Shown here: piece by piece, positions 34,032-43,877 of the stretch
Position numbering within the stretch: the stretch's first letter is position 1
How the letters are laid out: the number at the start of each line of letters is the position of its first letter
Source of the DNA: a virus
Taxonomy: Duplodnaviria > Caudoviricetes
IMG/VR virus record: IMGVR_UViG_3300005611_000055
Span: 1 to 44,770 of that record
Strand: one strand, 5' to 3'
DNA length: 44,770 bases
Position numbers and translations under genes: made by a program
The notes under the pieces: model-generated
Databases searched by the model: none
Told to the model about the DNA's origin: nothing
Seen by the model: the letters and a program-made list of their open reading frames with translations, nothing else

Positions 34032-35603
34032 ATGGGATCGTATTTTGATGACACCGGCTATGCGGCAACGTTATCGCAAGGTGATCGTTTAACCCGCGAA
34101 GAATTCCGCGATCAAATGTCGCGCCGGATTGTGGCCGGTATCACTATTTGGGATCGTGATCAAGGCATGCCCACACAAAGGACTCCATTTGATCCCAGCA
34201 AACGCGATCTTAAAATGGAATGGAATCCGTTTGCATTTATGGACCTTAGTTTCCGCGATAAATTAGAACATGGCGACGCTGGTTTTGGCGGCGTTATTGA
34301 TTACATTTACGACAATCTTAATGAAGCATACCGCACACAAGGTTTTGTAGATAATGCAGACATCCGCAACGTGTTGCGTGGCGCGTTGCAAGATGGCGAA
34401 GCTGGACTTGTTTTTATTCATCCAGAAACCATTGCCGAGTTTAATAAAAAAATCGAGTATGACACTCGTGTAGTGCGAAATTGGATTGATGAAAATGTAC
34501 GCAACACGTTGTCAGCAGAAGGATACAGCGAAACTGACGTTAATCGTGCTATTTGGCAGTTGGCGCACGATGACAGTACACAAAACTTTGTTTATGATTC
34601 AACCAATTACGGTCCTACGCAATTGGCTGAAGCTGCAAAAGAATATTTTGGTGCTACCAATGTTGTGGCTACTGCGCCACCGCAAAGTCCCACTGCAACT
34701 AGTGCGATATATGGACAAAAAAATCAGTTTGATATTGGTTACATGGCTGGCGACGATTTGAGGCAAGCATTTTATGAAACTGGTGACTACAACGCGTTCA
34801 TGCAGTTTGTTCAAACACAGGAATTAGAATGGGAACGCACCTACGGCGACATGACTCCCGCTGAACTTGCTGCAAACCCTGATTTAGTGATTCCAGATCG
34901 CGCAAAGTTTCAGGTGTGGGACAGCCGTCCGATGCCGGAGTACCAGTTTAAAGATGCGTATAACTGGTCTGAGTACATTCGGTTGCCGTTTGAGTTGCCA
35001 CGTGAGCTTGTAGCTAACATTTCTAAGAAGTGGGAATTGTCCGGCTTGTATGGCCGTTACAACAACGGTGTGACACCAATGGTTACTGGTGATCCCGCCG
35101 ACCCGAACTTTCAACGTGTGTGGCGATTGGTTGGTGCTGAGTCTTTTGTTGCTGACACGCCGTTGTGGACGTATTCGGACAACGCGTTACAGAGCCGCAT
35201 TTCACGCATTGAAGGGTTAATTGAGCGGTTTGATACAACGAATATTGATCAACAAATCAATGCATTGTTTTATAATCTGTTGGGACGCAGTGCGTCGGCT
35301 AGCGAAATTGCAACGTATCGGGATCAGATTGCGTTGCTTGATCAGGACGTTACCGAAATTGAAATGGAAGAAGATATTGAGGAACGAATTGGTACGCTTG
35401 AAACCAGTGGTTTAAGTGGTTCGTTGCAAACACAAATTGGTGCTCGCATCCAGCAACAGTTTGCTGCAGAAGCCCAACAACAGCGGAGCTTTGCGTCTGC
35501 TAAGGCATTTGGTCGATTTGGTCGTGCGCTAGACGTTGACGAACCGATTGACATTGCTCCAACTGTTCAGCAAAGCGCGATGTTTGGAAAGTTTGGTGAC
35601 TGA
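34032..35603 (+). CDS. Putative internal virion protein
   Basis: 523 aa; LLGRSAS.SE motif; follows the ejection protein. Confidence 0.55.
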   Translation: MGSYFDDTGYAATLSQGDRLTREEFRDQMSRRIVAGITIWDRDQGMPTQRTPFDPSKRDLKMEWNPFAFMDLSFRDKLEHGDAGFGGVIDYIYDNLNEAYRTQGFVDNADIRNVLRGALQDGEAGLVFIHPETIAEFNKKIEYDTRVVRNWIDENVRNTLSAEGYSETDVNRAIWQLAHDDSTQNFVYDSTNYGPTQLAEAAKEYFGATNVVATAPPQSPTATSAIYGQKNQFDIGYMAGDDLRQAFYETGDYNAFMQFVQTQELEWERTYGDMTPAELAANPDLVIPDRAKFQVWDSRPMPEYQFKDAYNWSEYIRLPFELPRELVANISKKWELSGLYGRYNNGVTPMVTGDPADPNFQRVWRLVGAESFVADTPLWTYSDNALQSRISRIEGLIERFDTTNIDQQINALFYNLLGRSASASEIATYRDQIALLDQDVTEIEMEEDIEERIGTLETSGLSGSLQTQIGARIQQQFAAEAQQQRSFASAKAFGRFGRALDVDEPIDIAPTVQQSAMFGKFGD

Positions 35604-36676
35604 TGGGACGTATTTTTAACGAATATCGTCAGCGTTATAATCAACCGTTGTCTGGCGGCAACGCGAACGATCCACGAGATGACAGGTTTCAGGGAACGTT
35701 AACTGATGATCGGCCACGAGGATTTGGTTTAACACCTACTCAGTTGCAAAACATTCGTGATTGGTCTGCGTGGAATCCGGGTGGAGCAGCCTTCCTTGAA
35801 TACATAGACGACACGTATTTAGTTAACGGCGAAGAAGAATCAGTCGGTTTGTTATTTAGCCGGGTTGCTTTAGGACAAGTTGACCAAGCATTTGTTGAAA
35901 AGGTGTTGTCGCCGAGCTATGACCTTAACGGCGAGCTGCGAAATGGCGCTACATGGTATCCAGAATTTACCAAAAAATATGATCAATATTATGATGCGTA
36001 TTTCGGTAATCAACAAGACGATGGCGCAACACTGCAACAAAAAATTGATTCAGCGTTAGCAATCATCCAAGATAGAGTACGCACACTTGGTTTACGGATG
36101 AGCGAAACCGACATCATTAACCTTGCGACCGTTGCTGTTAATAGTAAGTGGAATGACGCGCAGGTTATTGACAAGTTGTTAACTAATTACAACATGTTGG
36201 AGCTTGATGCGGGTGATCTGACTACGGCCCAGTCTAATGTGGCGACGTTAGCTAATCAATATCTTGTTCCGTTAACTGATGATCAGGCAACAAGTTACGC
36301 CAAACGTTTGTATCTTGGCGAAATTAACACGGACACTATTGAAGATCAGTTTAGAAAACAGTTGATTGCCGAGATGCCATTTTTGGAAACGCAACTTACG
36401 TCTGGTTTACGTCCAACAGATATATTTGCTTCGGCAAGATCGTTTGCGGCACGTGAATTAGAACTTGATGCAAACAATATTGATTTGAATGATCCTAAAT
36501 GGCGCGACATGTTTGTAAAAAGCAATGATGACGGCACGCAGCGTCTCGCTACCTTGTCTGAAATTCGCACGCAGGTCCGCAACACGCCGGAGTGGTCACG
36601 CACTACAGCCGCAAAAGAAAGTGCAAGTAATATTGCGGGCGCCATTGCCCAGTTATTTGGTAGGAGCGGATTCTGA
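35603..36676 (+). CDS. Putative internal virion protein
   Basis: 357 aa ending in R..PEW..T..AKE...FG; TGATG coupling. Confidence 0.55.
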   Translation: MGRIFNEYRQRYNQPLSGGNANDPRDDRFQGTLTDDRPRGFGLTPTQLQNIRDWSAWNPGGAAFLEYIDDTYLVNGEEESVGLLFSRVALGQVDQAFVEKVLSPSYDLNGELRNGATWYPEFTKKYDQYYDAYFGNQQDDGATLQQKIDSALAIIQDRVRTLGLRMSETDIINLATVAVNSKWNDAQVIDKLLTNYNMLELDAGDLTTAQSNVATLANQYLVPLTDDQATSYAKRLYLGEINTDTIEDQFRKQLIAEMPFLETQLTSGLRPTDIFASARSFAARELELDANNIDLNDPKWRDMFVKSNDDGTQRLATLSEIRTQVRNTPEWSRTTAAKESASNIAGAIAQLFGRSGF

Positions 36677-37908
36677 TGGCTGGTTATACCGTTCAACGCG
36701 GTGATTCACTGTGGAAAATTGCTCAGGAAACGTTGGGTTCTGGTGCCCGGTGGCGCGAAATTCAGTCGGCAAACAATATTAGTGGCACGGTGATTTATCC
36801 GGGTCAAGCGTTAAACATTCCGGGTTCTGCTCCAGCCCCCGCATCAGCTCCGGCTTCGGCTCCGGCTCCGGCTCCTAACGAAACTGCTGTGTCTGCTCCT
36901 GCGCCAGCACCAGCGGAAGAACCAGCAAATGAACCCGTACGTGACAACACAGCGGCTCTGATCGAAGAAATGCGGCGACAGGACGAGCAACGTCGCGCTG
37001 ACGCAGAATACCAAGCCAATCAACGGTTATATCGCGACTTGTCAGGGTACATGGAAAGCATCGGGCTTGGTTCGCTTTTGCGTGTTGGGCCGAGTGGCGA
37101 ACCGCAAGGTTGGCTGTGGGACCAAGTGCGACGCGGGGTTAATAGCACTGCCGCTTTAGCTATTGCATTGCAAGAAACACCCGAGTTTCAGCAACGATTC
37201 CCTGTCATTATTGAACAGCAGCGTCGCGCGGCTGCTGGTACCTATGTTGGTGCGGTTATGACTCCTGCCGAAGTGTTGGAGTATGAGGAAAGAGCAGCAA
37301 ATCTAATGCGGTCGGCTGGTTTGCCTTCATCGTTTTATGATCAGCCATCAGACTTTCAAGATTTGATGTTGGCAGGTGTTGACGTTCCTGAAATTGGAGA
37401 GCGGATCACTCAGGCGTTTGACGCGGTAATTGATGCGCCTGCTGATGTTCGCAATCAGTTTGAAACGTACTTCGGTGTCGGAAATACTGATACAGCGTTA
37501 GCAGCGTTTGTGCTTGATCCCAACCGTTTGTTACGTGATCTTGAAAAGTATCGGGTTGCAGCGTTTGGTGGTGCGATGGCGGCACGTTACGATATTACGT
37601 TGAACCGGTCGCAAGCCGAATTGATTGCTGCCGAAATACCAGACGAAGCTGCGCTAGGTCGTGCGTTTGAAACAATTGGCCGTCAAGAAAGCCTGTTTGT
37701 CGAAAGCGTAGGCGAAGCAACCGATTTGTCTGCGCAAGTTGAAGGTCTGGCTTCCCAGTTTGGCGATATTGCGGGTACTGGTTTGACTGAGGCAGAAGCT
37801 ACGGCACGAATGGAACAACGTTTGTTACGTCGCGAGGCGGCCCAGCGTTCGCCGGGTGGTGGCGCGGCTGTGACTGGTGCAGGCGTTGTCGGTTTGGGGC
37901 AGGGCTAA
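36676..37908 (+). CDS. LysM-domain virion protein
   Basis: YTVQRGDSLWKIA...I...N...IYPGQ.L.IP LysM, a Pro/Ala linker, then a helical domain. Confidence 0.85.
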   Translation: MAGYTVQRGDSLWKIAQETLGSGARWREIQSANNISGTVIYPGQALNIPGSAPAPASAPASAPAPAPNETAVSAPAPAPAEEPANEPVRDNTAALIEEMRRQDEQRRADAEYQANQRLYRDLSGYMESIGLGSLLRVGPSGEPQGWLWDQVRRGVNSTAALAIALQETPEFQQRFPVIIEQQRRAAAGTYVGAVMTPAEVLEYEERAANLMRSAGLPSSFYDQPSDFQDLMLAGVDVPEIGERITQAFDAVIDAPADVRNQFETYFGVGNTDTALAAFVLDPNRLLRDLEKYRVAAFGGAMAARYDITLNRSQAELIAAEIPDEAALGRAFETIGRQESLFVESVGEATDLSAQVEGLASQFGDIAGTGLTEAEATARMEQRLLRREAAQRSPGGGAAVTGAGVVGLGQG

Positions 37909-38168
37909 TGGCACCACGCAAATCAAGTAATCCGGGTCGTACCGCTAAGTATTATGCGCAGAACCCTAAGGCCCGCAAAAAGAAAGCGGCTACTGATAAG
38001 AAAGTTAATGCTCGTCCTTCTCAGAAAGCGAAGCGGGCGGAGTTGGCTGCGTGGCGACGCAAGAACGGTTTGATGGGGCAGGGTGGTCCTGACGGTTCGC
38101 ATACGAGAAGTGGTAAGATTGTGCGCGAGTCCCCTAAAACAAACAGGGCAAGGAAAGGCAAAAAGTAA
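37908..38168 (+). CDS. Small basic protein
   Basis: 86 aa, K/R-rich; D.SHT..G....E....NRAR C-terminus. Confidence 0.7.
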   Translation: MAPRKSSNPGRTAKYYAQNPKARKKKAATDKKVNARPSQKAKRAELAAWRRKNGLMGQGGPDGSHTRSGKIVRESPKTNRARKGKK

Positions 38169-38170
38169 TT

Positions 38171-38269
38171 ATGTACGGAGCTAAGAAAAAGCCTGCTAAG
38201 AAGGTGGCTGCGAAGAAGGTTGCTAAGTCCGCAAAGAAAAAGACCAGCGGGAAGGGAATGTACAAATGA
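38171..38269 (+). CDS. 32-aa Lys/Ala-rich (histone H1-like) peptide
   Basis: Translated by hand: MYGAKKKPAKKVAAKKVAKSAKKKTSGKGMYK. Confidence 0.6.
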   Translation: MYGAKKKPAKKVAAKKVAKSAKKKTSGKGMYK

Positions 38270-38403
38270 GTTACACGATGTGTTCACACGATAAGGGATC
38301 GCGTTCTGGCAGCAAAGTTGCTGTTGGTTCGTCGTCTAGCCACAAGTCAGGTTTGGCTTCTACGCCTAAGCCGTCGGGTGGTACGAAGGTGTCGGGCAAG
38401 TAA
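38266..38403 (+). CDS. 45-aa Ser/Gly/Lys-rich peptide
   Basis: ATGA-coupled; MSYTMCSHDKGSRSGSKVAVGSSSSHKSGLASTPKPSGGTKVSGK. Confidence 0.5.
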   Translation: MSYTMCSHDKGSRSGSKVAVGSSSSHKSGLASTPKPSGGTKVSGK

Positions 38404-38406
38404 TAC

Positions 38407-38436
38407 TTGCGTAACACTAAACTATTGACGTAAACT
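38407..38436 (+). promoter_or_regulatory. Putative promoter for the scaffold/capsid genes
   Basis: TTGCGT-18 nt-TAAACT in AT-rich intergenic DNA. Confidence 0.45.
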
Positions 38437-38592
38437 TTGATCAACATATTCCGGGTGAGCTAATTCAGTGTGTGCTCTTAGGGCCGCTGATTTGGCCTCG
38501 GGCTTTGTGTCGGAATACCGGCACCCCATCATCGGCTGTCCGCGCAAGTCGGTAGTAGGGAAAGTCGCGAGTAATAAACAATTTGGAGAACC

Positions 38593-39132
38593 ATGAGTGA
38601 GGAAAACGAAGTGACCGAAGACGAGGCACCTGATCACATCAAGCAGTTACGTGCTGATGCGGAAAAGGGTCGGAAGCTTGAGTCCATGCTTGCCGATAAG
38701 GAACGTGAGATTGCGTTTCTTCAGGCGGGAATCAAGACTGATAGCAAACTTGGTGCGATGCTGATGAAAACGTATGAGGGCGAGTTAACGTCTGATGCGA
38801 TTAAAGCTGAGGCAGCGGAACTGGGTTTGATTGATCAGACTGATGATCCGGTTGAGTTCGGTGAGGATTCTCCTGAGGCCCAGTTGCAGCAGGCTCGTGA
38901 GAGTTTGTCGGCTGGGCGTACTGCTACGACTGAGGTCCGTGAAGTGAACGCTGTGGATGCGGCGTTTGCTGAGTGGAACGGGTCTCGTAAAGAGGGTATG
39001 TCTAGCGGTGAGGCTCAGGACATGGCGTTTGCGTCGTTTATTGCGGCGGCGGCTCGTGGCGATTCATCCGCCCAGTTTGATGAAGGAGCGTGGCGACAGA
39101 AATCTGCGATGTACGGACACGGATCAGGGTGA
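38593..39132 (+). CDS. Capsid scaffolding protein
   Basis: Acidic N-terminus, IKQLR coiled coil, upstream of the major capsid gene; GGAG RBS. Confidence 0.7.
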   Translation: MSEENEVTEDEAPDHIKQLRADAEKGRKLESMLADKEREIAFLQAGIKTDSKLGAMLMKTYEGELTSDAIKAEAAELGLIDQTDDPVEFGEDSPEAQLQQARESLSAGRTATTEVREVNAVDAAFAEWNGSRKEGMSSGEAQDMAFASFIAAAARGDSSAQFDEGAWRQKSAMYGHGSG

Positions 39133-39422
39133 TCCACGAACCGGGATGCACGTGTGGCAAGTATGCCTGCGAACTCAGAGCCAAAGGGATCACTGTTTCT
39201 CCTAAGGCTACTCCAACACAGCACAACCGGAAGAAACCAGCAGAGCACACCAACAATAGTTGGGAACGTGGAGTTGCTGGCGAAAATCGTGGACACGGAA
39301 CCTTTATGCCGTACCTCAACGAAAAAGGTAAGCCACTCCCCATTAAACAAGGGTCGGAACAACGACACAAAATCCGAGAAATACGGCGCAAACAGAAGGC
39401 CGGAACCTTCAAAGCCGTTTAA
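39129..39422 (+). CDS. Small basic Cys-containing protein
   Basis: GTGA coupling; H.PGCTCGKYAC motif. Confidence 0.6.
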   Translation: MIHEPGCTCGKYACELRAKGITVSPKATPTQHNRKKPAEHTNNSWERGVAGENRGHGTFMPYLNEKGKPLPIKQGSEQRHKIREIRRKQKAGTFKAV

Positions 39423-39439
39423 CCTAATGGGAGAATATC

Positions 39440-40597
39440 ATGGCTGAGGTTGCTACCAACCCGCTTAACTCAACCCACTTGTCGGTTGAGACGAAAATCA
39501 ACATTGATGAGCTTATCTACATGCTCAACCCGGATGACCTGCCGCTTCTTGGTGGTGTCAACAGCGACGGTTTCCCTGTCGTTCCGCGTCAGCCTGTCGA
39601 TAACACCGTTTTCTACTGGTTAGAGGACGAGTTCCTGACCCCGCGCACCACGGTCGCTACGGCCACCGTGTCCGACTCGGCCACCACCTTCGATGTGGCT
39701 GCTGGCGCTGGCGAGCGTTTCGCTGCCGGTGACGCGATCAGCATCGGTGACGAGGTTCTGTACATCTCCGGTGTGTCCAACGACACGCTGACCGTGACCC
39801 GTGGCGCTGCCGGTACTTCCGCTGCCGCGTTCGTTGCTGGCGCTGAGGTTGTCGGACTTGGCACCCTGCTTGCTGAGGGTTCCATCGGTGACGAGCAGTT
39901 CAGTGGCCGGACCAAACTGTCGAACTACACGCAGATTTGGACCTCCAAGATTCAGATCACCCGTACCGCTCAGCGTATCCCGAAGTACGGTATCGCTAAC
40001 GAGTTGGCCCGCCAGACCCGCAAAATCATGCTGGCTGAGGGTGTCAACATGGAGCAGTCCGCTTTGTACGGTGTCAAGTACCAGTCCGGTGCGACCCGTT
40101 CGACCGGTGGTCTGAAGCAGTTCATCACCACCAACACCTACAACAACGCTGCGTCAGGCGACTGGCTCACCGTTGGTGAGGTTGAGCGCGTCCAGCAGAT
40201 CGCGTACGACGCGGGCGGTCAGTTCACCGCCATCGTGTCAAACCCCGCGAACTTTGCTGCGCTGAACAACCTTGCTGGTGCCGAGCGTATCCAGACCGTC
40301 ACCATTGAGGACGAGCGTCGTGGCCGTCGCCGCGCCACCTCGGTCATCACCGAGTTCGGTGAGGTTCTGCTGGTCCGCAACCGGTACTGCAAGGCTGCTG
40401 ACGCGTTCGGTATCAACCGTGAGAACGTGATCTACCGTGTGTTCCAGCCGATGATCATGCAGCCCCTCGCCAAGACCGACGACAAAGACAACTACATGTT
40501 TGTCGCTGAAGGCGGTTTCGAGGTTAAGGGTGAGCGCCACATGGCGCGTTGGACCGGACTTGATTCGACGGCTTCGCTGCCGACCGATCTCGTCTGA
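39440..40597 (+). CDS. Major capsid protein (SU10/DUF5309-like) with inserted beta domain
   Basis: W.ED, NYTQIW...I.IT.TAQ, E.SALYG, TGGL..FI, T.FG and LAKT.D motifs; high-expression codon bias; GGAG RBS. Confidence 0.88.
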   Translation: MAEVATNPLNSTHLSVETKINIDELIYMLNPDDLPLLGGVNSDGFPVVPRQPVDNTVFYWLEDEFLTPRTTVATATVSDSATTFDVAAGAGERFAAGDAISIGDEVLYISGVSNDTLTVTRGAAGTSAAAFVAGAEVVGLGTLLAEGSIGDEQFSGRTKLSNYTQIWTSKIQITRTAQRIPKYGIANELARQTRKIMLAEGVNMEQSALYGVKYQSGATRSTGGLKQFITTNTYNNAASGDWLTVGEVERVQQIAYDAGGQFTAIVSNPANFAALNNLAGAERIQTVTIEDERRGRRRATSVITEFGEVLLVRNRYCKAADAFGINRENVIYRVFQPMIMQPLAKTDDKDNYMFVAEGGFEVKGERHMARWTGLDSTASLPTDLV

Positions 40598-40617
40598 TCG
40601 CTGCTGACAACATAGTC

Positions 40618-40658
40618 GTGGGGGGAAGGCCACTTGCCTCCGGTGGTCTTCCCCCCAC
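40618..40658 (+). terminator. Stem-loop after the major capsid gene
   Basis: GTGGGGGGAAGGCCAC / GTGGTCTTCCCCCCAC 16-bp stem; no U tract. Confidence 0.7.
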
Positions 40659-40677
40659 AACGGAACAGAGGTAACAC

Positions 40678-41040
40678 ATGAGTATTTCTAATTACGCTGA
40701 GAACGCAATGCTTGATGCTTTGCGAAACACCTCGTTTGCGGTAGCGGCCACGTACCTTCAGCTTCACACGGGCGATCCGGGTGAGGACGGTACTTCTTCT
40801 GTTGCGACTGAAAACACCCGTCAGGCTGTGTCGTTTGATGCGGCGGCAACTGGTTCAATGGTGTCTTCTGGCAACGTGACGTGGACCAACGTTTCTACGA
40901 CGGAAACGTATACGCATTGGTCGATGTGGGATGCGTCTACTGCCGGTAACTGTTTGTGGACTGGTTCGCTTGCGTCGTCGGCTTCGGTTGATGCAGGTGA
41001 CACGTTCCAGATTACGAGCCTGACGTTGACGTTGGACTGA
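40678..41040 (+). CDS. Conserved virion structural protein
   Basis: SNYAENAMLD...LHT.DPGE.G...THW..WDA...GN.L..G.L motif. Confidence 0.7.
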   Translation: MSISNYAENAMLDALRNTSFAVAATYLQLHTGDPGEDGTSSVATENTRQAVSFDAAATGSMVSSGNVTWTNVSTTETYTHWSMWDASTAGNCLWTGSLASSASVDAGDTFQITSLTLTLD

Positions 41041-41041
41041 T

Positions 41042-41668
41042 ATGGCGACAAACTTTCCTGCGTCGCTTGACTCGTTGACGAATCCGACTTCTTCGGATTC
41101 GTTGAATTCGCCTTCTCACTCGGCGCAGCACGCCAATGCGAACGATGCGATTGAAGCATTGCAGGCGAAGGTTGGGGTGGATTCTTCGGCTGTTACGTCG
41201 TCGTTGGATTATAAGGTTGCCCAGTTGGAGGCGGTCAGTCACGGCAAGATTTTGCAGGTCGTTGAGGGCAACACGAGTAGCGCCGTCCAATCGACAAGCG
41301 GAACACCATCGGACACCGGTATCACGGTCAACATCACGCCTTCAGATACCGCCAACAAAGTCCTTGTGTTTGTTGGCATCAACTACCAGTTGTTTGCAAA
41401 CAACGGCACCTACTCAGACGGCAAGTTTGATCTGTTGCGCGACGCCACCACACTCGACAACCTCACCCTCTACCACTACCAGAGCGGGCCGACTGGCGGC
41501 GCAAGCCAGATTCAAGCAGCCGGTTACATGTCATATCTGGATACGCCGTCAAGCACATCGGCGCTGACTTACAAAGTTCAGCAGTCAGTCATCACCCCCG
41601 GTTCGGGTCGTGCGGTCGGCGTGCTCGGAACTTGGAGCAACATCGTCGCTATGGAGGTTTCAGCGTGA
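41042..41668 (+). CDS. Fibre/appendage protein, copy A (MATNFP anchor + GKILQVV domain)
   Basis: N-terminal ~60 aa shared with the genes at 41934 and 43867. Confidence 0.7.
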   Translation: MATNFPASLDSLTNPTSSDSLNSPSHSAQHANANDAIEALQAKVGVDSSAVTSSLDYKVAQLEAVSHGKILQVVEGNTSSAVQSTSGTPSDTGITVNITPSDTANKVLVFVGINYQLFANNGTYSDGKFDLLRDATTLDNLTLYHYQSGPTGGASQIQAAGYMSYLDTPSSTSALTYKVQQSVITPGSGRAVGVLGTWSNIVAMEVSA

Positions 41669-41934
41669 CCGATTACGCCGCCGTTCTTCGTGCAAACTAT
41701 CCAGACGCCCAATGGTCGCTCACCGATAACGACTACAACACCCTGATCTGGTTCGACGACACGCCGAAGCCGACACAGGCCGAGTTGGATGCGGCATGGC
41801 CCGCAGTCCAACAGGCACAGGCCGATGCCATTGCCGCTAAAGAGGCCGCCCGTCAGTCTGCGATCGACAAGTTGGCGGCGTTGGGTTTGACGGTCGATGA
41901 GATTTCAGCCGCATTCGGGTTGGGAGGTAGCTGA
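41665..41934 (+). CDS. Fibre chaperone-like protein (XkdW-like), copy A
   Basis: GTGA coupling; paralogous to 44484-44744. Confidence 0.6.
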   Translation: MTDYAAVLRANYPDAQWSLTDNDYNTLIWFDDTPKPTQAELDAAWPAVQQAQADAIAAKEAARQSAIDKLAALGLTVDEISAAFGLGGS

Positions 41935-42161
41935 TGGCAACGAATTTTCCTACGTCACTTGACACGTTGACTAACCCGTCTGCGACTGACACGCTGGATT
42001 CGCCGCCGCATGATGAGCAGCACGCTGACGCTAATGACGCTATTGAGGCGTTGCAAGCAAAGGTTGGTGTTGACGGGTCTGCCGACACCAATTCGCTTGA
42101 TTACAAAGTCAATAACATTACGCCGCCGTATCCGGTGGTGTTTATGCTGATGGGAGCATGA
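41934..42161 (+). CDS. Anchor-only fibre adaptor (75 aa)
   Basis: MATNFP anchor followed by a PVVFMLMGA tail. Confidence 0.65.
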   Translation: MATNFPTSLDTLTNPSATDTLDSPPHDEQHADANDAIEALQAKVGVDGSADTNSLDYKVNNITPPYPVVFMLMGA

Positions 42162-42165
42162 GCTA

Positions 42166-42495
42166 ATGGCTACTGCATATAAAGTTTTGGGGCAGGTGGC
42201 TCCGTCTGCGACTACGGCGACTGCTGTGTATACGGTGCCGTCTGCTACGGAGGCTGTGGTCTCGTCGGTGACGGTGTGTAATCGTGCTGGTACTGCGGGG
42301 ACGTTTCGTTTAGCGGTGCGTCCCGATGGGGCGACACTCGCTAACGAGCATTACGTCGTGTACGACACGGGGATCGGGGCGAACGACACGATCATCCTAA
42401 CGGTCGGGTTGACGTTGGATGCCGCTGACGTGTTGGAGGTGTACACGTCGTCAGCCGACATGTCGGTAAACGCTTACGGGTCGGAAATTAGTTGA
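42166..42495 (+). CDS. Virion structural protein
   Basis: MATAYKVLGQ...YTVP...CN...YGSEI motif. Confidence 0.7.
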   Translation: MATAYKVLGQVAPSATTATAVYTVPSATEAVVSSVTVCNRAGTAGTFRLAVRPDGATLANEHYVVYDTGIGANDTIILTVGLTLDAADVLEVYTSSADMSVNAYGSEIS

Positions 42496-42498
42496 CCA

Positions 42499-43491
42499 AT
42501 GGGCATTACTTCTGTAGAGAACTTTGGTCTTTCGGGCACGCGCTATAGGCGTACGTCCCAAGTCCCCCTTGGGGTCACAGTCGATTACGTCATTGTCGGT
42601 GGTGGTGGGGGAACGGGTGGATCCTATATGACCGCTTACAACGATTTCGGCGGTGCTGGCGGAGGTGGCGCTGGAGGGTTCTTGTCAGGCTCGGCGAAAT
42701 TTAGTTTTGATGTCAACGTCAGTGTTGTGGTCGGTGCTGGCGGTGCGGCTGGGGCGGGTACTAGCACCAGTTCCCAACAAGGAGGTGCTGGGAACGATTC
42801 AAGTCTTGGTTCGTTGGTCGCGTTGGGTGGCGGTCAGGGTTCATCAGAAAACTACGGCCCAGGTGATGGCGGATCGGGCGGTGGTGGCGGTGGTGCTAGC
42901 GGTGCTGGCACGGCGGGTCAGGGATACGACGGCGGAAGCGGCGCTGCCAACTGGATAACTGGCGGCGGCGGTGGTGCTAGCGAACAGGGTGGAACCGCAA
43001 CCAGTCCACCGCAGAAAGGTGGCGACGGTGGCGACGGACTTGCTGTTTCTTGGATCAGCACAACCGCGCAAGCGGCGCTTGGTGTCGGTCAAGCATCTGG
43101 CGGTTCTGTCTATTTCGCTGGTGGTGGCGGTGGTGGTGGCAACTCCTATAACAACACATCTGGTTTGACTGGAACGCAGTCTCGCGGTTCAGGTGGTTTG
43201 GGCGGCGGCGGTTACGGCGGTTATCGAGGTTCTTACACAGGTACCTACGGGATCAACGGCACTGCCAACACGGGCGGTGGTGCCGGTGGTGGTGCCGTCC
43301 AAGGCGCACCGGACACCACAACAGCTTACACAGGCAGGAGCGGCGGCAGCGGCGTTGTTATCATCAGGTATTTAACCGCTAGTGGCACTCTGAACATTGG
43401 GGCAGGATTGACCAGTTCCTCTACAACTGATGGCGATTACACGCTTGTTGCGTTCAAGTCGGGTGGCGGCACGATCAGTTGGAGCGAGTGA
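42499..43491 (+). CDS. Glycine-rich adhesin / fibre tip
   Basis: Repeated GGGGG motifs, NTGGG.GGG and GGSGVVIIRY ending (polyglycine II-type domain). Confidence 0.75.
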   Translation: MGITSVENFGLSGTRYRRTSQVPLGVTVDYVIVGGGGGTGGSYMTAYNDFGGAGGGGAGGFLSGSAKFSFDVNVSVVVGAGGAAGAGTSTSSQQGGAGNDSSLGSLVALGGGQGSSENYGPGDGGSGGGGGGASGAGTAGQGYDGGSGAANWITGGGGGASEQGGTATSPPQKGGDGGDGLAVSWISTTAQAALGVGQASGGSVYFAGGGGGGGNSYNNTSGLTGTQSRGSGGLGGGGYGGYRGSYTGTYGINGTANTGGGAGGGAVQGAPDTTTAYTGRSGGSGVVIIRYLTASGTLNIGAGLTSSSTTDGDYTLVAFKSGGGTISWSE

Positions 43492-43877
43492 TGGCACATT
43501 ACGCATTTCTTGACAATAACAACGTAGTAACTCACGTCATTGTTGGGCGTGACGAAACAGACCGTTTTGCGGGTGTGGCCGATTGGGAGGAATGGTATGC
43601 AAACGAATTCGGTCAAACATGCAAGCGGACGTCTTACAACACGCACGGCGGAGTACATGTTGAGGGTGGCGTTCCGTTCCGTGGCAACTACGCCCGACGC
43701 GGGTTTATTTACAACGACACTCTTGACGCTTTCATCCCACCCCAGCCTTACCCGTCATGGATGTTGAACGAAACGACTTGTCTGTGGGATGCGCCGGTTG
43801 CGCACCCGAATGACGATTTGCTATATACTTGGGATGAAGCTTCACAGTCTTGGCAGGAAGTAACTGATGGCAACTAA
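43491..43877 (+). CDS. Conserved protein accompanying Gly-rich fibres
   Basis: MAHYAFLD...TSYN...FRGNYA...DAFIPPQPYPSW...W.AP...Y.WDE motif. Confidence 0.7.
   Translation: MAHYAFLDNNNVVTHVIVGRDETDRFAGVADWEEWYANEFGQTCKRTSYNTHGGVHVEGGVPFRGNYARRGFIYNDTLDAFIPPQPYPSWMLNETTCLWDAPVAHPNDDLLYTWDEASQSWQEVTDGN

Noticed and set aside
37908-38168. HNH homing endonuclease
   Set aside because: Only a partial D.SH...NRAR resemblance in a short basic protein; not enough to call.
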